Origin: Capsulimonadaceae bacterium
GTDB lineage: Bacteria; Armatimonadota; Armatimonadia; Armatimonadales; Capsulimonadaceae
Reading direction: 5' to 3'
NCBI GenBank assembly: GCA_965215505.1
Contig: OZ244065.1
Coordinates: 1,632,001-1,696,000, forward strand
DNA length: 64,000 bases
Made by a program: the position numbers and the translations under genes. Below are positions 40,737 to 51,026 of this stretch, in pieces. Every line of letters begins with the position of its first letter. Position 1 is the stretch's first letter. Below the pieces are notes generated by a model that saw only the letters and a program-made list of their open reading frames with translations, did no database searches and was not told the origin of the DNA.

Positions 40737-41446
40737 TGCGCGTCCTCCACCAGTCCTTCTCCGGCCCCGAGACCTGCCACTATCTGCCCGACCGGGACGC
40801 GACCCAGGAGTACGTTCAGGTCGGGCAGTTGTCGCCGGAAGAGTACGAAGCACTGATGGACCGGGGCTGGCGCAAGTTCGGCCCGATGCTCTTCCGCCCC
40901 GTCTGCGCGGGCTGCCGGGAGTGCCGCCCCCTCCGAATCCCCGCCGAACTGTTTACACCTGACCGAAGCCAGCGGCGGGCGCTGGCGCGCAATGCCGACC
41001 TCGTGGTCCGCTACGCACAGCCGACCGTGGACGAGGCCCGGCTGGACCTCTACCGCCGCTACCACACCTCCCAGGCGGCCTACAAGGGCTGGCCGGACGG
41101 GGAGCGGTCGGAAAAAGGCTACGTCTTCCAGTTCGTCCATAACCCCCTCCCTGCCGTCGAGATCAGCATTTGGGAAGGTGACACGCTGCGGGCGGTTGCC
41201 TTGACGGACGTGACGCCGAACGTCGTTTCGGGCGTGTACCACTTCCACGAGCCGGACTGCCGGCAGCGCGGGCTGGGGACGTTCGCCATGCTGCACACCA
41301 TCGAGCTTGCCAGGCGGCTCGGCCGGCGCTGGGCCTACTTCGGCTACTACGTTGCCGAGTGTCCGAGCATGAGCTACAAGACCAACTTCCGGCCCTGCGA
41401 GATATTGGGGACGGACGGCGTCTGGCGCGAGCCGACGAAGGATTGA
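40736..41446 (+). CDS. Bpt/ATE-like aminoacyl-tRNA-protein transferase
   Basis: CHYLPDR, GWRKFG..FRPVC..C..C, SGVYHF, LGTF, YFGYY, MSYK..FRP. Confidence 0.88.
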   Translation: MRVLHQSFSGPETCHYLPDRDATQEYVQVGQLSPEEYEALMDRGWRKFGPMLFRPVCAGCRECRPLRIPAELFTPDRSQRRALARNADLVVRYAQPTVDEARLDLYRRYHTSQAAYKGWPDGERSEKGYVFQFVHNPLPAVEISIWEGDTLRAVALTDVTPNVVSGVYHFHEPDCRQRGLGTFAMLHTIELARRLGRRWAYFGYYVAECPSMSYKTNFRPCEILGTDGVWREPTKD

Positions 41447-41508
41447 ACCGCGTCCAAGAACAGGGTACAATAGGAGCAGAACTCTCAGAGAGTATAGGAA
41501 CTCCGACC

Positions 41509-41838
41509 ATGCCGCAAGGAATTGACCTCATGCCTGCCGTTCTTCCCGACGAGCGCACCCTGGAAGCCCCCGACGAGCGCGAGCAGCGGACGCCGCCCGG
41601 CTCCGACGGGCCGTACATGGTGATCCTCTACAACTGCGACTGTCACACCTTTGAGCAGGTGGAGAAGCAGCTCCAGAAGGCCATCGGCTGCACCTTAGAA
41701 AAGGCGGAAGCCTTCGCGATCGAGGTGGACTCGACGGGCCGCGCCGTGGTTTTCTCCGGGTCGGAAGAGGAGTGCGAGAAGGTCGCCAACATCCTGCGCC
41801 AGATCCGCCTGCAAGTGGAGACCGACAAGTCCGCTTGA
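41509..41838 (+). CDS. clpS: Clp protease adaptor ClpS-like protein
   Basis: PYMVILYNCDCHTFEQV, EVDSTGRAVV. Confidence 0.8.
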   Translation: MPQGIDLMPAVLPDERTLEAPDEREQRTPPGSDGPYMVILYNCDCHTFEQVEKQLQKAIGCTLEKAEAFAIEVDSTGRAVVFSGSEEECEKVANILRQIRLQVETDKSA

Positions 41839-41849
41839 TCGCGCACGGC

Positions 41850-43121
41850 ATGACTGACCTACTCCCCCACCTCGTCACCCCCATCCCCGGCCCGCGCTCG
41901 CGCGAACTGGCCCGGCGACTGCGCCGGGCCGAGAGTCCCAACGTCACCTACCTGGCCCCCGATTTCCCCGTCTTCTGGGAGGAGGCGCGGGGCTGCCTCG
42001 TCACCGATGTTGACCGCAACCGCTTCCTCGATGTGACGGCGGCCTTCGGGGTCGCCTCGGTCGGCCACAGCCACCCGCGTGTGGTCGCCGCTGTTCGGGC
42101 ACAGGCGGAGAAGCTGCTGCACGGCATGGGTGACGTTCACCCCTCGGAAGTCAAGGTCCGGCTCTGCGAGCGCATCGCCGCGCTCGTCCCCCTCCCCGAT
42201 GCTCAGGTAATCTTAGGGCAGAACGGCGGCGATGCCGTCGAGGCCGCCCTGAAGACGGCGATGCTCGCGACCGGCCGGCCCGGCGTGCTGGCGTTTGAAG
42301 GCGGCTACCACGGCCTGACCTACGGAGCGCTGGACGTGACGGCGCGGGCGGACTTCCGCGCGCCGTTCCGGCAGCAGCTTGGCGGTTTCACGCGGCATCT
42401 CCCCTACGGCTGCTCTTTGGAGGAAGTCCGCGCACATCTTGCCGAACACAGGCCGGGCGCGGTCCTGGCCGAACCCATCCAGGGGCGCGGCGGGATCGTC
42501 GTCCCGCCGCCGGGCTGGCTGCGCGGCCTGCGCGGCATTTGCTCCCAGACGGACACCCTGCTGATATTCGACGAGATCTTTACCGGCTGGGGCCGGACGG
42601 GGGCCTGGTTCGCCTGCGACCATGAAGGCATGGTTCCAGACATCCTCTGCGTCGGCAAGGCGATGGGCGGCGGCCTGCCGATCTCCGCCTGCGTCGCCTC
42701 GGCGGGCCTGATGGCGGCCTGGGGCGAGTCCACGGGGGAGGCGCTGCACACCAGTACGTTTCTAGGCAATCCTGTGGCCTGCGCCGCCGCGCTGGCCGCC
42801 CTGGACGTTCTGGAAGAGGAAGACCTGCCCGCCCGCGCCGTGCGGATAGGCGCAGTCTTCACGGACGGCCTGTGTACCCTACAGGCCGAGTTCCCCGAGC
42901 AGATCGTGAGTGTGCGCGGGCGCGGCCTGATGCTGGGGCTGGAGTTCGACGCGCCGAGCCGGGCACTGTCCCTGGTCCCCGCCGCCCTGCGCGCGGGGCT
43001 GATCGTCCTGCCGGCGGGCGACGGCCGGGTGCTGGAGTTCGTGCCGCCCCTCGTCATTGAAGAGGAGCAGATCGCGTGGTGCCTGGCGACGCTGCGGTGC
43101 CTGCTGGCATCCGCCGCGTGA
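41850..43121 (+). CDS. Class III PLP-dependent aminotransferase
   Basis: YHG, EPIQGRGG, FDEIFTGWGRTG, PDILCVGKAMGGG, STFLGNP. Confidence 0.93.
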   Translation: MTDLLPHLVTPIPGPRSRELARRLRRAESPNVTYLAPDFPVFWEEARGCLVTDVDRNRFLDVTAAFGVASVGHSHPRVVAAVRAQAEKLLHGMGDVHPSEVKVRLCERIAALVPLPDAQVILGQNGGDAVEAALKTAMLATGRPGVLAFEGGYHGLTYGALDVTARADFRAPFRQQLGGFTRHLPYGCSLEEVRAHLAEHRPGAVLAEPIQGRGGIVVPPPGWLRGLRGICSQTDTLLIFDEIFTGWGRTGAWFACDHEGMVPDILCVGKAMGGGLPISACVASAGLMAAWGESTGEALHTSTFLGNPVACAAALAALDVLEEEDLPARAVRIGAVFTDGLCTLQAEFPEQIVSVRGRGLMLGLEFDAPSRALSLVPAALRAGLIVLPAGDGRVLEFVPPLVIEEEQIAWCLATLRCLLASAA

Positions 43122-43243
43122 TAATGGGCTTGATTTTCCCGATCTGTTTGTGTCATAGTGACTTGGTTCACGCCCCCGGCCGCCGCAGTCCGTCTACCCG
43201 TGTCCTCTCAACCTATCCTGATTCTCCGAGAAAGACCTGCCCA

Positions 43244-45271
43244 ATGACCCGACGCACCCGCGCCGTCGCCCTGGCATGCGGCCTGCTGGCCGTCTTATCC
43301 CCTTCCGCGCCGACTCTGGCCGCCCCGCCCGGACATGGGCTGGATCTCTCCGCCATGGACACAAGCGTCAAACCCTGTGACGACTTCTACCGGTATGCCA
43401 ACGGCAAGTGGCTGGCGCGTACCGCCGTCCCGGCCCAGTACCCCCGATGGGACAGCTTCGGCGACGTTTACGAGCGCAACCTGGCCGTCGAGCGCGGCCT
43501 GGTGGAGCGCGCGGCGGCCGACCGGCGAGCGGACCCGAACAGCCCCGAGGGCAAAGTGGGCAGCTTCTATCGGGCTGCCACTGATGAGGCCCGCATCCAG
43601 GCCGACGGCGTCACGCCGCTCGCGCCCGAGTTCTCCCGCATTGACGCCGTCCGGGACGTTCCGGGCCTGCTGGTGGCCCTCGGCCACCTGCACCGCATGG
43701 GGATCGGCGCGGGCTGGGGCTTTTACGTCGGCCAGGACGACAAGGACAGCACGCAGGAGATCGCGCACCTCGTCCAGGGCGGCACCAGCCTGCCGGAGCG
43801 CGGTTACTACGAGCGCACCGACAAAGAGACGCAGGCGACGCGGGACGCCTTCGTCGCCCACGTCACCAGGACTTTCATGCTAACCGGCGAGGGCGCGGAC
43901 AGGGCCGCCGCCGACGCTAAGACGGTGATGGCGATGGAAACCCGGCTCGCCCTCGCCTCCAAGGCACCGACCGACCTGCGTGATCCGCAGGCCAACTATC
44001 ACAAGATGACCCTGGCCGAGCTGGACGCGCTCACGCCCAATGTCCGCTGGGAGCCTTACTTCATGGCCCTGCGGCTGCACGATTTGGGCGCGCTGGATGT
44101 CGGCCAGCCGCAGTTTTTCGTCGAGGCCGGCCGGATGCTCGCCGACGTGCCGCTGGCCGATTGGAAGACTTACGCGCGCTGGCAGATCGTGGACACTGAG
44201 GCGGGGCGTCTCAGCAAGCCGTTCGACCGGGAGCATTTCGCCTTCTACGGCACGACACTCAGCGGCACGAAGGAGCAGCAGCCCCGGTGGAAGCGCGCCC
44301 TGGGCGCGACTGACGTGGCGGTGGGCGAGGCCCTGGGGCAGCTCTATGTGGCGCAGGCGTTCCCGCCCGCCGCCAAGGCCCGCGCCTTGGCCCTGGTCCA
44401 GAACCTGAAAGGCGTCCTGCGCGACGACCTGACTCAGCTCCCCTGGATGGGGCCGGACACGCGCCGACAGGCCCTCGTGAAAGTTGACGCGATGGCGATC
44501 AAGATCGGCTACCCGGACAAGTGGCGCGACTATTCTAAACTGGACGTGTCCAGCCCCTCCTACGTCGTGAACGCCATGCGCGCGGATGAGTTCGAGTTCC
44601 AGCGCAGCCTGAACAAGATCGGCAAGCCCGTGGACAAACAGGAATGGGGCATGACGCCGCCAACGCCGGACGCCTACTACGACCCGCAGAACAACACCAT
44701 CAACTTCCCCGCCGGCATTTTGCAGCCGCCGTTCTTCAACGCCGACGCGGACGACGCCGTCAATTACGGGGCCATTGGGGCGGTCATCGGACACGAGATG
44801 ACGCACGGGTTCGACGACCAGGGCCGCCAGTACGACGCCCAGGGCAACCTGCGCGACTGGTGGACGGCGGACGACCTGAAGAACTTCACGCAGCGCGCAC
44901 AAGGAATCATCTTCCAGTATTCGGCCTACGAGCCGCTGCCGGGCCAGCACATCAACGGCGCGCTGACGACGGGCGAGAACATCGCCGACATCGGAGGTCT
45001 GAAGATCGCCTACCTCGCCCTGGAGAAGTCCCTGTCGGGCAAGCCCCGGACGAGGATAGACGGGTTCACGCCGGAGCAACGCTTCTTCCTGTCGTTCGCC
45101 CAGATGTGGCATGACAAGCGGCAGCCCGCCTACGCCAAGGTCGCCTTGGCGACCGACCCGCACTCGCCGGACCAGTACCGAGTCATCGGCGCACTGGCCG
45201 ACACGCCCGAGTTCCGCCAGGCCTTCGGCTGCCCGCCCGACCCCAAGGCCAGTTCAACCACCCTCTGGTAA
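43244..45271 (+). CDS. M13 metallopeptidase (neprilysin/PepO)
   Basis: Signal peptide, PCDDFYRYANG, GHEMTHGFDDQG, GENIAD, DPHSP. Confidence 0.95.
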   Translation: MTRRTRAVALACGLLAVLSPSAPTLAAPPGHGLDLSAMDTSVKPCDDFYRYANGKWLARTAVPAQYPRWDSFGDVYERNLAVERGLVERAAADRRADPNSPEGKVGSFYRAATDEARIQADGVTPLAPEFSRIDAVRDVPGLLVALGHLHRMGIGAGWGFYVGQDDKDSTQEIAHLVQGGTSLPERGYYERTDKETQATRDAFVAHVTRTFMLTGEGADRAAADAKTVMAMETRLALASKAPTDLRDPQANYHKMTLAELDALTPNVRWEPYFMALRLHDLGALDVGQPQFFVEAGRMLADVPLADWKTYARWQIVDTEAGRLSKPFDREHFAFYGTTLSGTKEQQPRWKRALGATDVAVGEALGQLYVAQAFPPAAKARALALVQNLKGVLRDDLTQLPWMGPDTRRQALVKVDAMAIKIGYPDKWRDYSKLDVSSPSYVVNAMRADEFEFQRSLNKIGKPVDKQEWGMTPPTPDAYYDPQNNTINFPAGILQPPFFNADADDAVNYGAIGAVIGHEMTHGFDDQGRQYDAQGNLRDWWTADDLKNFTQRAQGIIFQYSAYEPLPGQHINGALTTGENIADIGGLKIAYLALEKSLSGKPRTRIDGFTPEQRFFLSFAQMWHDKRQPAYAKVALATDPHSPDQYRVIGALADTPEFRQAFGCPPDPKASSTTLW

Positions 45272-45290
45272 GGATTCACAAGGAGACGCG

Positions 45291-47375
45291 ATGAAACGAC
45301 GATGGAAAGTAGCGGCCCTGCTGGGCCTGCTCGGGGCGGGCGCGGCCGGCGCGCGGGCGGACGAGGGCATGTGGCCCTATAACAGCCTGCCGACGGCGCA
45401 GATCCAGGCGAAATACGGGTTCGGCATCACTGACGCCTGGGCGGGGCACCTGCAAAGGGCGTCCGCCCGCGTCGGCGGCGCGTCCGGCTCGTTCGTCTCC
45501 GCCGACGGCCTGGTGATGACCAACCACCACGTCGGCCTGGACACCCTCCAGAAGCTCAGTACCGCCTCGCACAACTATGTGCGGGATGGGTTCACCGCCC
45601 GGACGCGGGCGGACGAGGCGAAGGCCCCCGACCTGGAGATCAACGTCCTGGACAGCATCGTGCCGGTGACGGATCGGGTGCAGGCGGCCGTGAAGCCGGA
45701 CATGACGGCCGCGCAGGCGTTCCGCGCCCGCCGCGCCGCCGTCGCCGCGATCGAGAAAGACTCGCTCGACAAGACGGGCCTGCACGGCAGCGTCGTGACC
45801 CTGTTCGGCGGCGCGCGCTATGACCTCTACCGCTACAAGCGCTATACGGACGTCCGGCTGGTCATGGCTCCGGAGCAGAACGCCGCCTTCTTCGGCGGAG
45901 ACCCGGACAACTTCGAGTACCCACGCTATGACCTGGACATGTGCTTCTTCCGGGTCTACGAGAACGGGCAGTCCGCGAAGGTCAAGGACTATCTGACGTG
46001 GAGCAAGACCGGAGCGAAGGACGGCGATCTTGTCTTCGTTTCGGGCCATCCGGGGCGGACCGAGCGCCTGAACACCGTGGCGGACCTGGCCTACGACCGG
46101 GACGTCGCCCTGCCGCTGGCCTTGAACGGCCTGCGCCGCCGGGAGGTGCTGCTGACCAGTTGGGGGCAGCGCCTGCCCGAGAACGCGCGGATCGCCCGGC
46201 AGGCGCTGTTCGGCACGCAGAACAGCCGGAAACTGCTGACCGGCGAGCTGCAAAGCCTCCAGGACCCCGCCGTGTTCGCGCAGAAGCAGGCGCAGGAACA
46301 GGCATTGCGGGCGCGTGTCGCCGCCGACCCCAAGATGCAAGCCGCGTTCGGCGATGCCTGGACTCAAGTGGAACAGGTGGATGCGGCCCAGCGGGCGCTC
46401 ACCGCGAAATACGGGGCGTTCGCCGGCGGACGGTCCCTGACTTCGGGCCTGTTCAACATCGCCCAGACACTGGTCGAGACGGCCCAGGAGGACCGGAAGC
46501 CGAACCCGCAGCGTCTGCCGGAAGACAGCTCGGCCAACCGCGCCTCGCTGGACCGTCGGCTGTTCTCGCCCGCCCCGATCTATCCGCAGTTCGAGCGCCT
46601 GACCCTGGCCGACTCGCTCGCCTCGATGGAGGAGACATTGGGCGCGAGTGATCCGCTCGTCCTCCAGGCACTGGGCGGCAAGTCGCCCTCAGAGCGCGCC
46701 GCCGAACTGGTAGACGGGACGAAGCTGGGCGACGTGGCCGAGAGGGAGCGGCTCCAGGCGGGCGGCGCGGCGGCGATCAAATCGTCCCAAGACCCCATGA
46801 TCAAGCTGGCCGTGCTGCTCTCGCCCGCCTTGCGCGCGCTGCGCCGGCAGAGCGAAGACCAGGTGGCGAGCGTCCGGCAGCAGGCCTACCCGAAGATCGC
46901 CCAGGCGGAGCTTGCGGTGGGCGGCGGGAGCGTCTACCCCGACGCGACCGGCACCCTGCGGCTGTCCTACGGCGTCGTGAGCGGCTACACGCAGGACGGC
47001 GGCAGCGTCCCCGCCTCCACGACGATGGGCGGCCTGTTCTCCTATGCCTCCCAGCACGACGATCAGGACCCCTTTCAGCCTTCGCCGTCCTGGGTCAAGG
47101 CCAAGGACCAGATCAGGGCCGACACGCCCTTCGACTTCGTCTGCACGGCGGACATCATCGGCGGCAACTCGGGCAGCCCGGTCGTCAACAAGGCCGGCGA
47201 GTTGGTCGGCCTGATCTTCGACGGCAACATCCAGTCTCTCGGCGGCAGCTACGCCTACACCGACACGCAGGCGCGTTCGGTTTCCGTTCACTCGGAGGCG
47301 ATCATCGAGGCCCTGCGCCACATCTATAATGACGACGCGCTGGCCGACGAGATGCTGTCCGGCCATCTGCCCTAA
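45291..47375 (+). CDS. S46 dipeptidyl peptidase
   Basis: ADEGMW, TNHH, PDATGTLRLSYG, DIIGGNSGSP, FDGN. Confidence 0.95.
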   Translation: MKRRWKVAALLGLLGAGAAGARADEGMWPYNSLPTAQIQAKYGFGITDAWAGHLQRASARVGGASGSFVSADGLVMTNHHVGLDTLQKLSTASHNYVRDGFTARTRADEAKAPDLEINVLDSIVPVTDRVQAAVKPDMTAAQAFRARRAAVAAIEKDSLDKTGLHGSVVTLFGGARYDLYRYKRYTDVRLVMAPEQNAAFFGGDPDNFEYPRYDLDMCFFRVYENGQSAKVKDYLTWSKTGAKDGDLVFVSGHPGRTERLNTVADLAYDRDVALPLALNGLRRREVLLTSWGQRLPENARIARQALFGTQNSRKLLTGELQSLQDPAVFAQKQAQEQALRARVAADPKMQAAFGDAWTQVEQVDAAQRALTAKYGAFAGGRSLTSGLFNIAQTLVETAQEDRKPNPQRLPEDSSANRASLDRRLFSPAPIYPQFERLTLADSLASMEETLGASDPLVLQALGGKSPSERAAELVDGTKLGDVAERERLQAGGAAAIKSSQDPMIKLAVLLSPALRALRRQSEDQVASVRQQAYPKIAQAELAVGGGSVYPDATGTLRLSYGVVSGYTQDGGSVPASTTMGGLFSYASQHDDQDPFQPSPSWVKAKDQIRADTPFDFVCTADIIGGNSGSPVVNKAGELVGLIFDGNIQSLGGSYAYTDTQARSVSVHSEAIIEALRHIYNDDALADEMLSGHLP

Positions 47376-48253
47376 CTGCCTATAAACTCCTCAATCGCGG
47401 CGTTGATGATCCCCGGATGCTCATGCACCACCCAGTGCGAGCCGCCGGGGATTTGCCGTATCGTGAGGTCCGGGACGTACTCCCCCAGACCCTCCAGATT
47501 GCCGAGCAGCAGCGCCGTGTCCTTAGCACCCCACAAAACCAGAGTCGGCGTCGGGATGGGCTGGATGGCCTCGCCGGGAACAAACCGGGCCGCCCGGTAG
47601 TAGTTCAGCCCGCCCGAAAGCGCGCCCGTCCGGGACCAGGCCGCGAGATACCGCCGCCGGTCGTCCGGCGGGAACGCGCCGGGGGCCGCACCCCCGAAGA
47701 CCGCCCGGCGTAGAAAGGCGAAGCGCCCCGCCCGCAGCAGCGGCTCGGCCAGCGGGCTGCGGAACAGCGCGACATAGGCGCTGGCAAGCCTCTGGGCCGG
47801 ATTGTTCAGCAGCTCGCGAACGAAGACGGCCGGGTGCGGCGCGTTGACGATGACCAGCTTTTCCAATCGATCCGGGTGCCGGGCCGCGAACTGCCAGGCG
47901 ACCACGCCGCCCCAGTCGTGCCCCACTAGGATGGCGGGCCGGTCCGGGCTGATCCTGTCTAGGATAGCCGCCACGTCGGCGACGAGGTTTGGAAGGCCGT
48001 AGGCATCCACGTCCTGCGGCTTGTCCGACTGGCCATAGCCGCGCATGTCAAGTGCCGCCGCAGCGCGCTTCGTGCCGAAGAATTCCAATTGGCGACGCCA
48101 GGCGTACCAGGAATCGGGGAAGCCGTGCAGGAACAGCATCGGCGCGGGGCCATTCAAAGATGCGCCCGGAAACGCCGTGACGAGGTGCAGCAAGACGCCA
48201 TTTGCGGGTATCAGTGCGCGTTCCCAGGGAGCCGGGGCAGAAGTGTTAGACAT
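47372..48253 (-). CDS. Epoxide-hydrolase-like alpha/beta hydrolase
   Basis: LHGFPD.W, DMRGYG, GHDWGG, NYYRA, SHWV. Confidence 0.92.
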   Translation of the reverse strand: MSNTSAPAPWERALIPANGVLLHLVTAFPGASLNGPAPMLFLHGFPDSWYAWRRQLEFFGTKRAAAALDMRGYGQSDKPQDVDAYGLPNLVADVAAILDRISPDRPAILVGHDWGGVVAWQFAARHPDRLEKLVIVNAPHPAVFVRELLNNPAQRLASAYVALFRSPLAEPLLRAGRFAFLRRAVFGGAAPGAFPPDDRRRYLAAWSRTGALSGGLNYYRAARFVPGEAIQPIPTPTLVLWGAKDTALLLGNLEGLGEYVPDLTIRQIPGGSHWVVHEHPGIINAAIEEFIGS

Positions 48254-48417
48254 GGCGCGTTATTCCCCCAGCCGCTCCCCGATAACCCGTAGCGCCGCCG
48301 AGAAGCAGGAGTCCGCCTGCTTGACCGCGAACAGACCTAAACGCGAGTGAAGCAAACCATCATACGGCGGGTCTCAATGGAAGACGGAGCGGCGCTGGAC
48401 CGCGAGGAGGCGGGAAC

Positions 48418-49974
48418 ATGAACACAAGCAGGCACAAGAATTGGGCGGCTCGGCTCGTGGCGGGGTCTACCCTGACTGGATGGGCGGCGGCGGCACTGGC
48501 CGCGCCGGTCGCCCCGCCGGCGGCGGAGTCGGGCGGACACGCGCTGACCATCTACAACCAGAACTTCGCGGTGGTCCGCGAAACCGTGCCGCTGGCCCTG
48601 ACGGCGGGCGTCAACCATCTGACTTTCAGCGACATCACCTCACACCTGGAGCCGGACTCGGTCGTCCTGCGCGACCCCGCCGGGCTGCGGACGCTGCAAG
48701 TCCTGGAACAGAACTACCGCTCAGACCCGATCTCGGAGGGGCTGCTGCTGAACCGCTACGAGGGCCAGACGATCGACTTCCAGGTGACGCACGGCGACAA
48801 GACGGAGATCGTCAAGGGCAAGATCGTCCGCAGCGGCTACGTCATCCACAACAACGCCTTTTCCTACGGCCAGAACTACTACCAGGGGCAGATGGGCTAC
48901 GCCAACGGCGGCGCGGGCCAGCCCTTGATCGAGGTGAACGGGCGGCTCCAGTTCACGCTGCCCGGCCTGCCGCTCTTCCCCGCCCTCAGCGACGACTCCA
49001 TCCTCAAGCCCACGCTCGACTGGACGGTGCAGACCGACCGGGCCGGGCCGCTGAACGCCGAGCTTGCCTACATCACCGAGGGCATGACCTGGAAGGCCGA
49101 CTATAATCTGGTTTCCCCCGAAGTTGGGAACAGCCTGGACATGGTGGGCTGGGTGACGATGGACAACCAGAGCGGGAAGTCTTTCGACAATGCTCGCATC
49201 AAGCTGATGGCGGGCGACGTGAGCAAGATTCAGTCTCAGAACTCGTATGGGGGCGGTTTTGGCGGGGGTGGCGGGTATGCCGGCGGGGGCGGCCAGCCGG
49301 CCGTCTCCGAGAAGGCGTTTGACGAGTACCACCTGTACACACTTCAGCGGCCCACGACCTTGCGCGACCGCGAAACCAAGCAGGTGGAGTTCGTCCACGC
49401 CTCGGGCATCCCGTCCAGCGTCCTCTATGTCTACGACGGTGCTGCCCTGGACTCGAGCCAATACAACTATAGTGATTGGCAGGCTCGGACCGTCGCCACC
49501 TACGGGACGCAGTCGAACACCAAGGTTTCGGTCTTCCGGGAGATCGTCAATTCCGCCAAGAACGGCCTGGGCATCCCCCTCCCCAAAGGCCGCGTCCGCT
49601 TCTACCGCCGGGACGCCGACGGGCACCTGGAGTTCATCGGCGAGAACACCATTGACCACACGCCCAAGGACGAAACCCTGCGCGTCTACACCGGGAATAC
49701 GTTCGATCTGGTCGGCGAGCGGCGGCAGACGGACTTCCACAGCAACAACAATAACACCGTCGTTACCGAAACCTTCGAGATCAAGGTCCGCAACCACAAG
49801 GCGGTCTCCGTCGAGTTCCGCGTCGTGGAACACCTCTACCGGGGGCTGACCTGGACCATTGAGGAACACTCCCAGGCGTTCACCAAGACCGACGCCCACA
49901 CCATTGAATTCCGCGTCCCGGTCGCGCCGAACGCCGAGGGGGTCGTCACCTACACGGCACATTACACTTGGTAG
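48418..49974 (+). CDS. Secreted DUF4139/DUF4140-type protein
   Basis: LTIYNQNFAVVRE, LEQNY, WKADY, EYHLYTL, GIPLPKGRVRFY. Confidence 0.8.
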   Translation: MNTSRHKNWAARLVAGSTLTGWAAAALAAPVAPPAAESGGHALTIYNQNFAVVRETVPLALTAGVNHLTFSDITSHLEPDSVVLRDPAGLRTLQVLEQNYRSDPISEGLLLNRYEGQTIDFQVTHGDKTEIVKGKIVRSGYVIHNNAFSYGQNYYQGQMGYANGGAGQPLIEVNGRLQFTLPGLPLFPALSDDSILKPTLDWTVQTDRAGPLNAELAYITEGMTWKADYNLVSPEVGNSLDMVGWVTMDNQSGKSFDNARIKLMAGDVSKIQSQNSYGGGFGGGGGYAGGGGQPAVSEKAFDEYHLYTLQRPTTLRDRETKQVEFVHASGIPSSVLYVYDGAALDSSQYNYSDWQARTVATYGTQSNTKVSVFREIVNSAKNGLGIPLPKGRVRFYRRDADGHLEFIGENTIDHTPKDETLRVYTGNTFDLVGERRQTDFHSNNNNTVVTETFEIKVRNHKAVSVEFRVVEHLYRGLTWTIEEHSQAFTKTDAHTIEFRVPVAPNAEGVVTYTAHYTW

Positions 49975-50063
49975 GAACTCTTGCCAATCCTGCGCTGTTT
50001 CAGGTAATATCATCTCAGCGACCGACACTGACCGAGTGAATTTAGATTAGGACGGTGACAGAC

Positions 50064-50954
50064 ATGGCGGAAGAGCAGAAGTCAACATGGAAGACCAAGG
50101 TGGGTCTGGCCGAGATGCTCAAGGGCGGCGTCATCATGGACGTCGTGAACCCGGAGCAGGCGATCATCGCCGAGGAAGCCGGCGCGACGGCGGTGATGGC
50201 CTTGGAGCGCGTGCCCGCCGACATCCGGCGCGACGGCGGCGTGGCGCGGATGTCCGACCCGAAGATGATTAAGGGCATCATGGACGTCGTGACCATCCCG
50301 GTCATGGCGAAGGCCCGGATTGGGCACTACGTCGAGGCGCAGATATTGGAGGCCCTGGGCGTGGACTTCGTGGACGAGTCCGAGGTGCTGACGCCCGCCG
50401 ATGACGCCTTCCACATCTCAAAGCACGACTTCAAAGTCCCCTTCGTCTGCGGCTGCCGCGATCTGGGCGAGGCCCTGCGGCGCATCGGCGAGGGCGCTTC
50501 CATGATTCGCACCAAGGGCGAGGCCGGCTCGGGCAACATCGTGGAGGCAGTCCGGCACATGCGGACCGTGCTGGGCGGCGTCCGCCGCATCCAGGCCATG
50601 CCGTTTGAAGAGCTGATGACCGAGGCCAAGAACCTGGGCGCTCCGTATGAGCTGGTCGTCGAGATCCACCGGACCGGCAAGCTGCCCGTGCCGAACTTCA
50701 GCGCGGGCGGCATCGCCACCCCCGCCGACGCGGCCCTGATGCGCCAGATGGGCGCGGAAGCGGTCTTTGTCGGGTCCGGCATCTTCAAATCCGGCGACCC
50801 CAAGCGGCGCGCACGGGCAATGGTGGACGCCTGCACCCACTACGACAACCCGATGATGCTGGCCGAAATCTCTAACGACATCGGCGAGCCGATGGTGGGC
50901 ATCAACTTGAACTTCGTGCCCAAGGAAGAGATGATGGCGAATCGCGGCTGGTAG
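50064..50954 (+). CDS. pdxS: PLP synthase subunit
   Basis: [47 protein letters not shown]; alternative GTG start at 50055. Confidence 0.97.
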   Translation: MAEEQKSTWKTKVGLAEMLKGGVIMDVVNPEQAIIAEEAGATAVMALERVPADIRRDGGVARMSDPKMIKGIMDVVTIPVMAKARIGHYVEAQILEALGVDFVDESEVLTPADDAFHISKHDFKVPFVCGCRDLGEALRRIGEGASMIRTKGEAGSGNIVEAVRHMRTVLGGVRRIQAMPFEELMTEAKNLGAPYELVVEIHRTGKLPVPNFSAGGIATPADAALMRQMGAEAVFVGSGIFKSGDPKRRARAMVDACTHYDNPMMLAEISNDIGEPMVGINLNFVPKEEMMANRGW

Positions 50955-50965
50955 CACAGGCCGGC

Positions 50966-51006
50966 AAAGAAAGAGCGGCTGCCCCCTTGGGGCAGCCGCT
51001 CTTTTG
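50966..51006. terminator. Bidirectional terminator between pdxS and ro60
   Basis: AAAGAGCGGCTGCCCC-CTT-GGGGCAGCCGCTCTTTT. Confidence 0.88.
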
Positions 51007-51026
51007 TCGTGTCGGGCCTTGCCATG

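Noticed and set aside
50064-50954. pdxS without an adjacent pdxT
   Set aside because: pdxT may lie elsewhere in the genome; this cannot be judged from one window.
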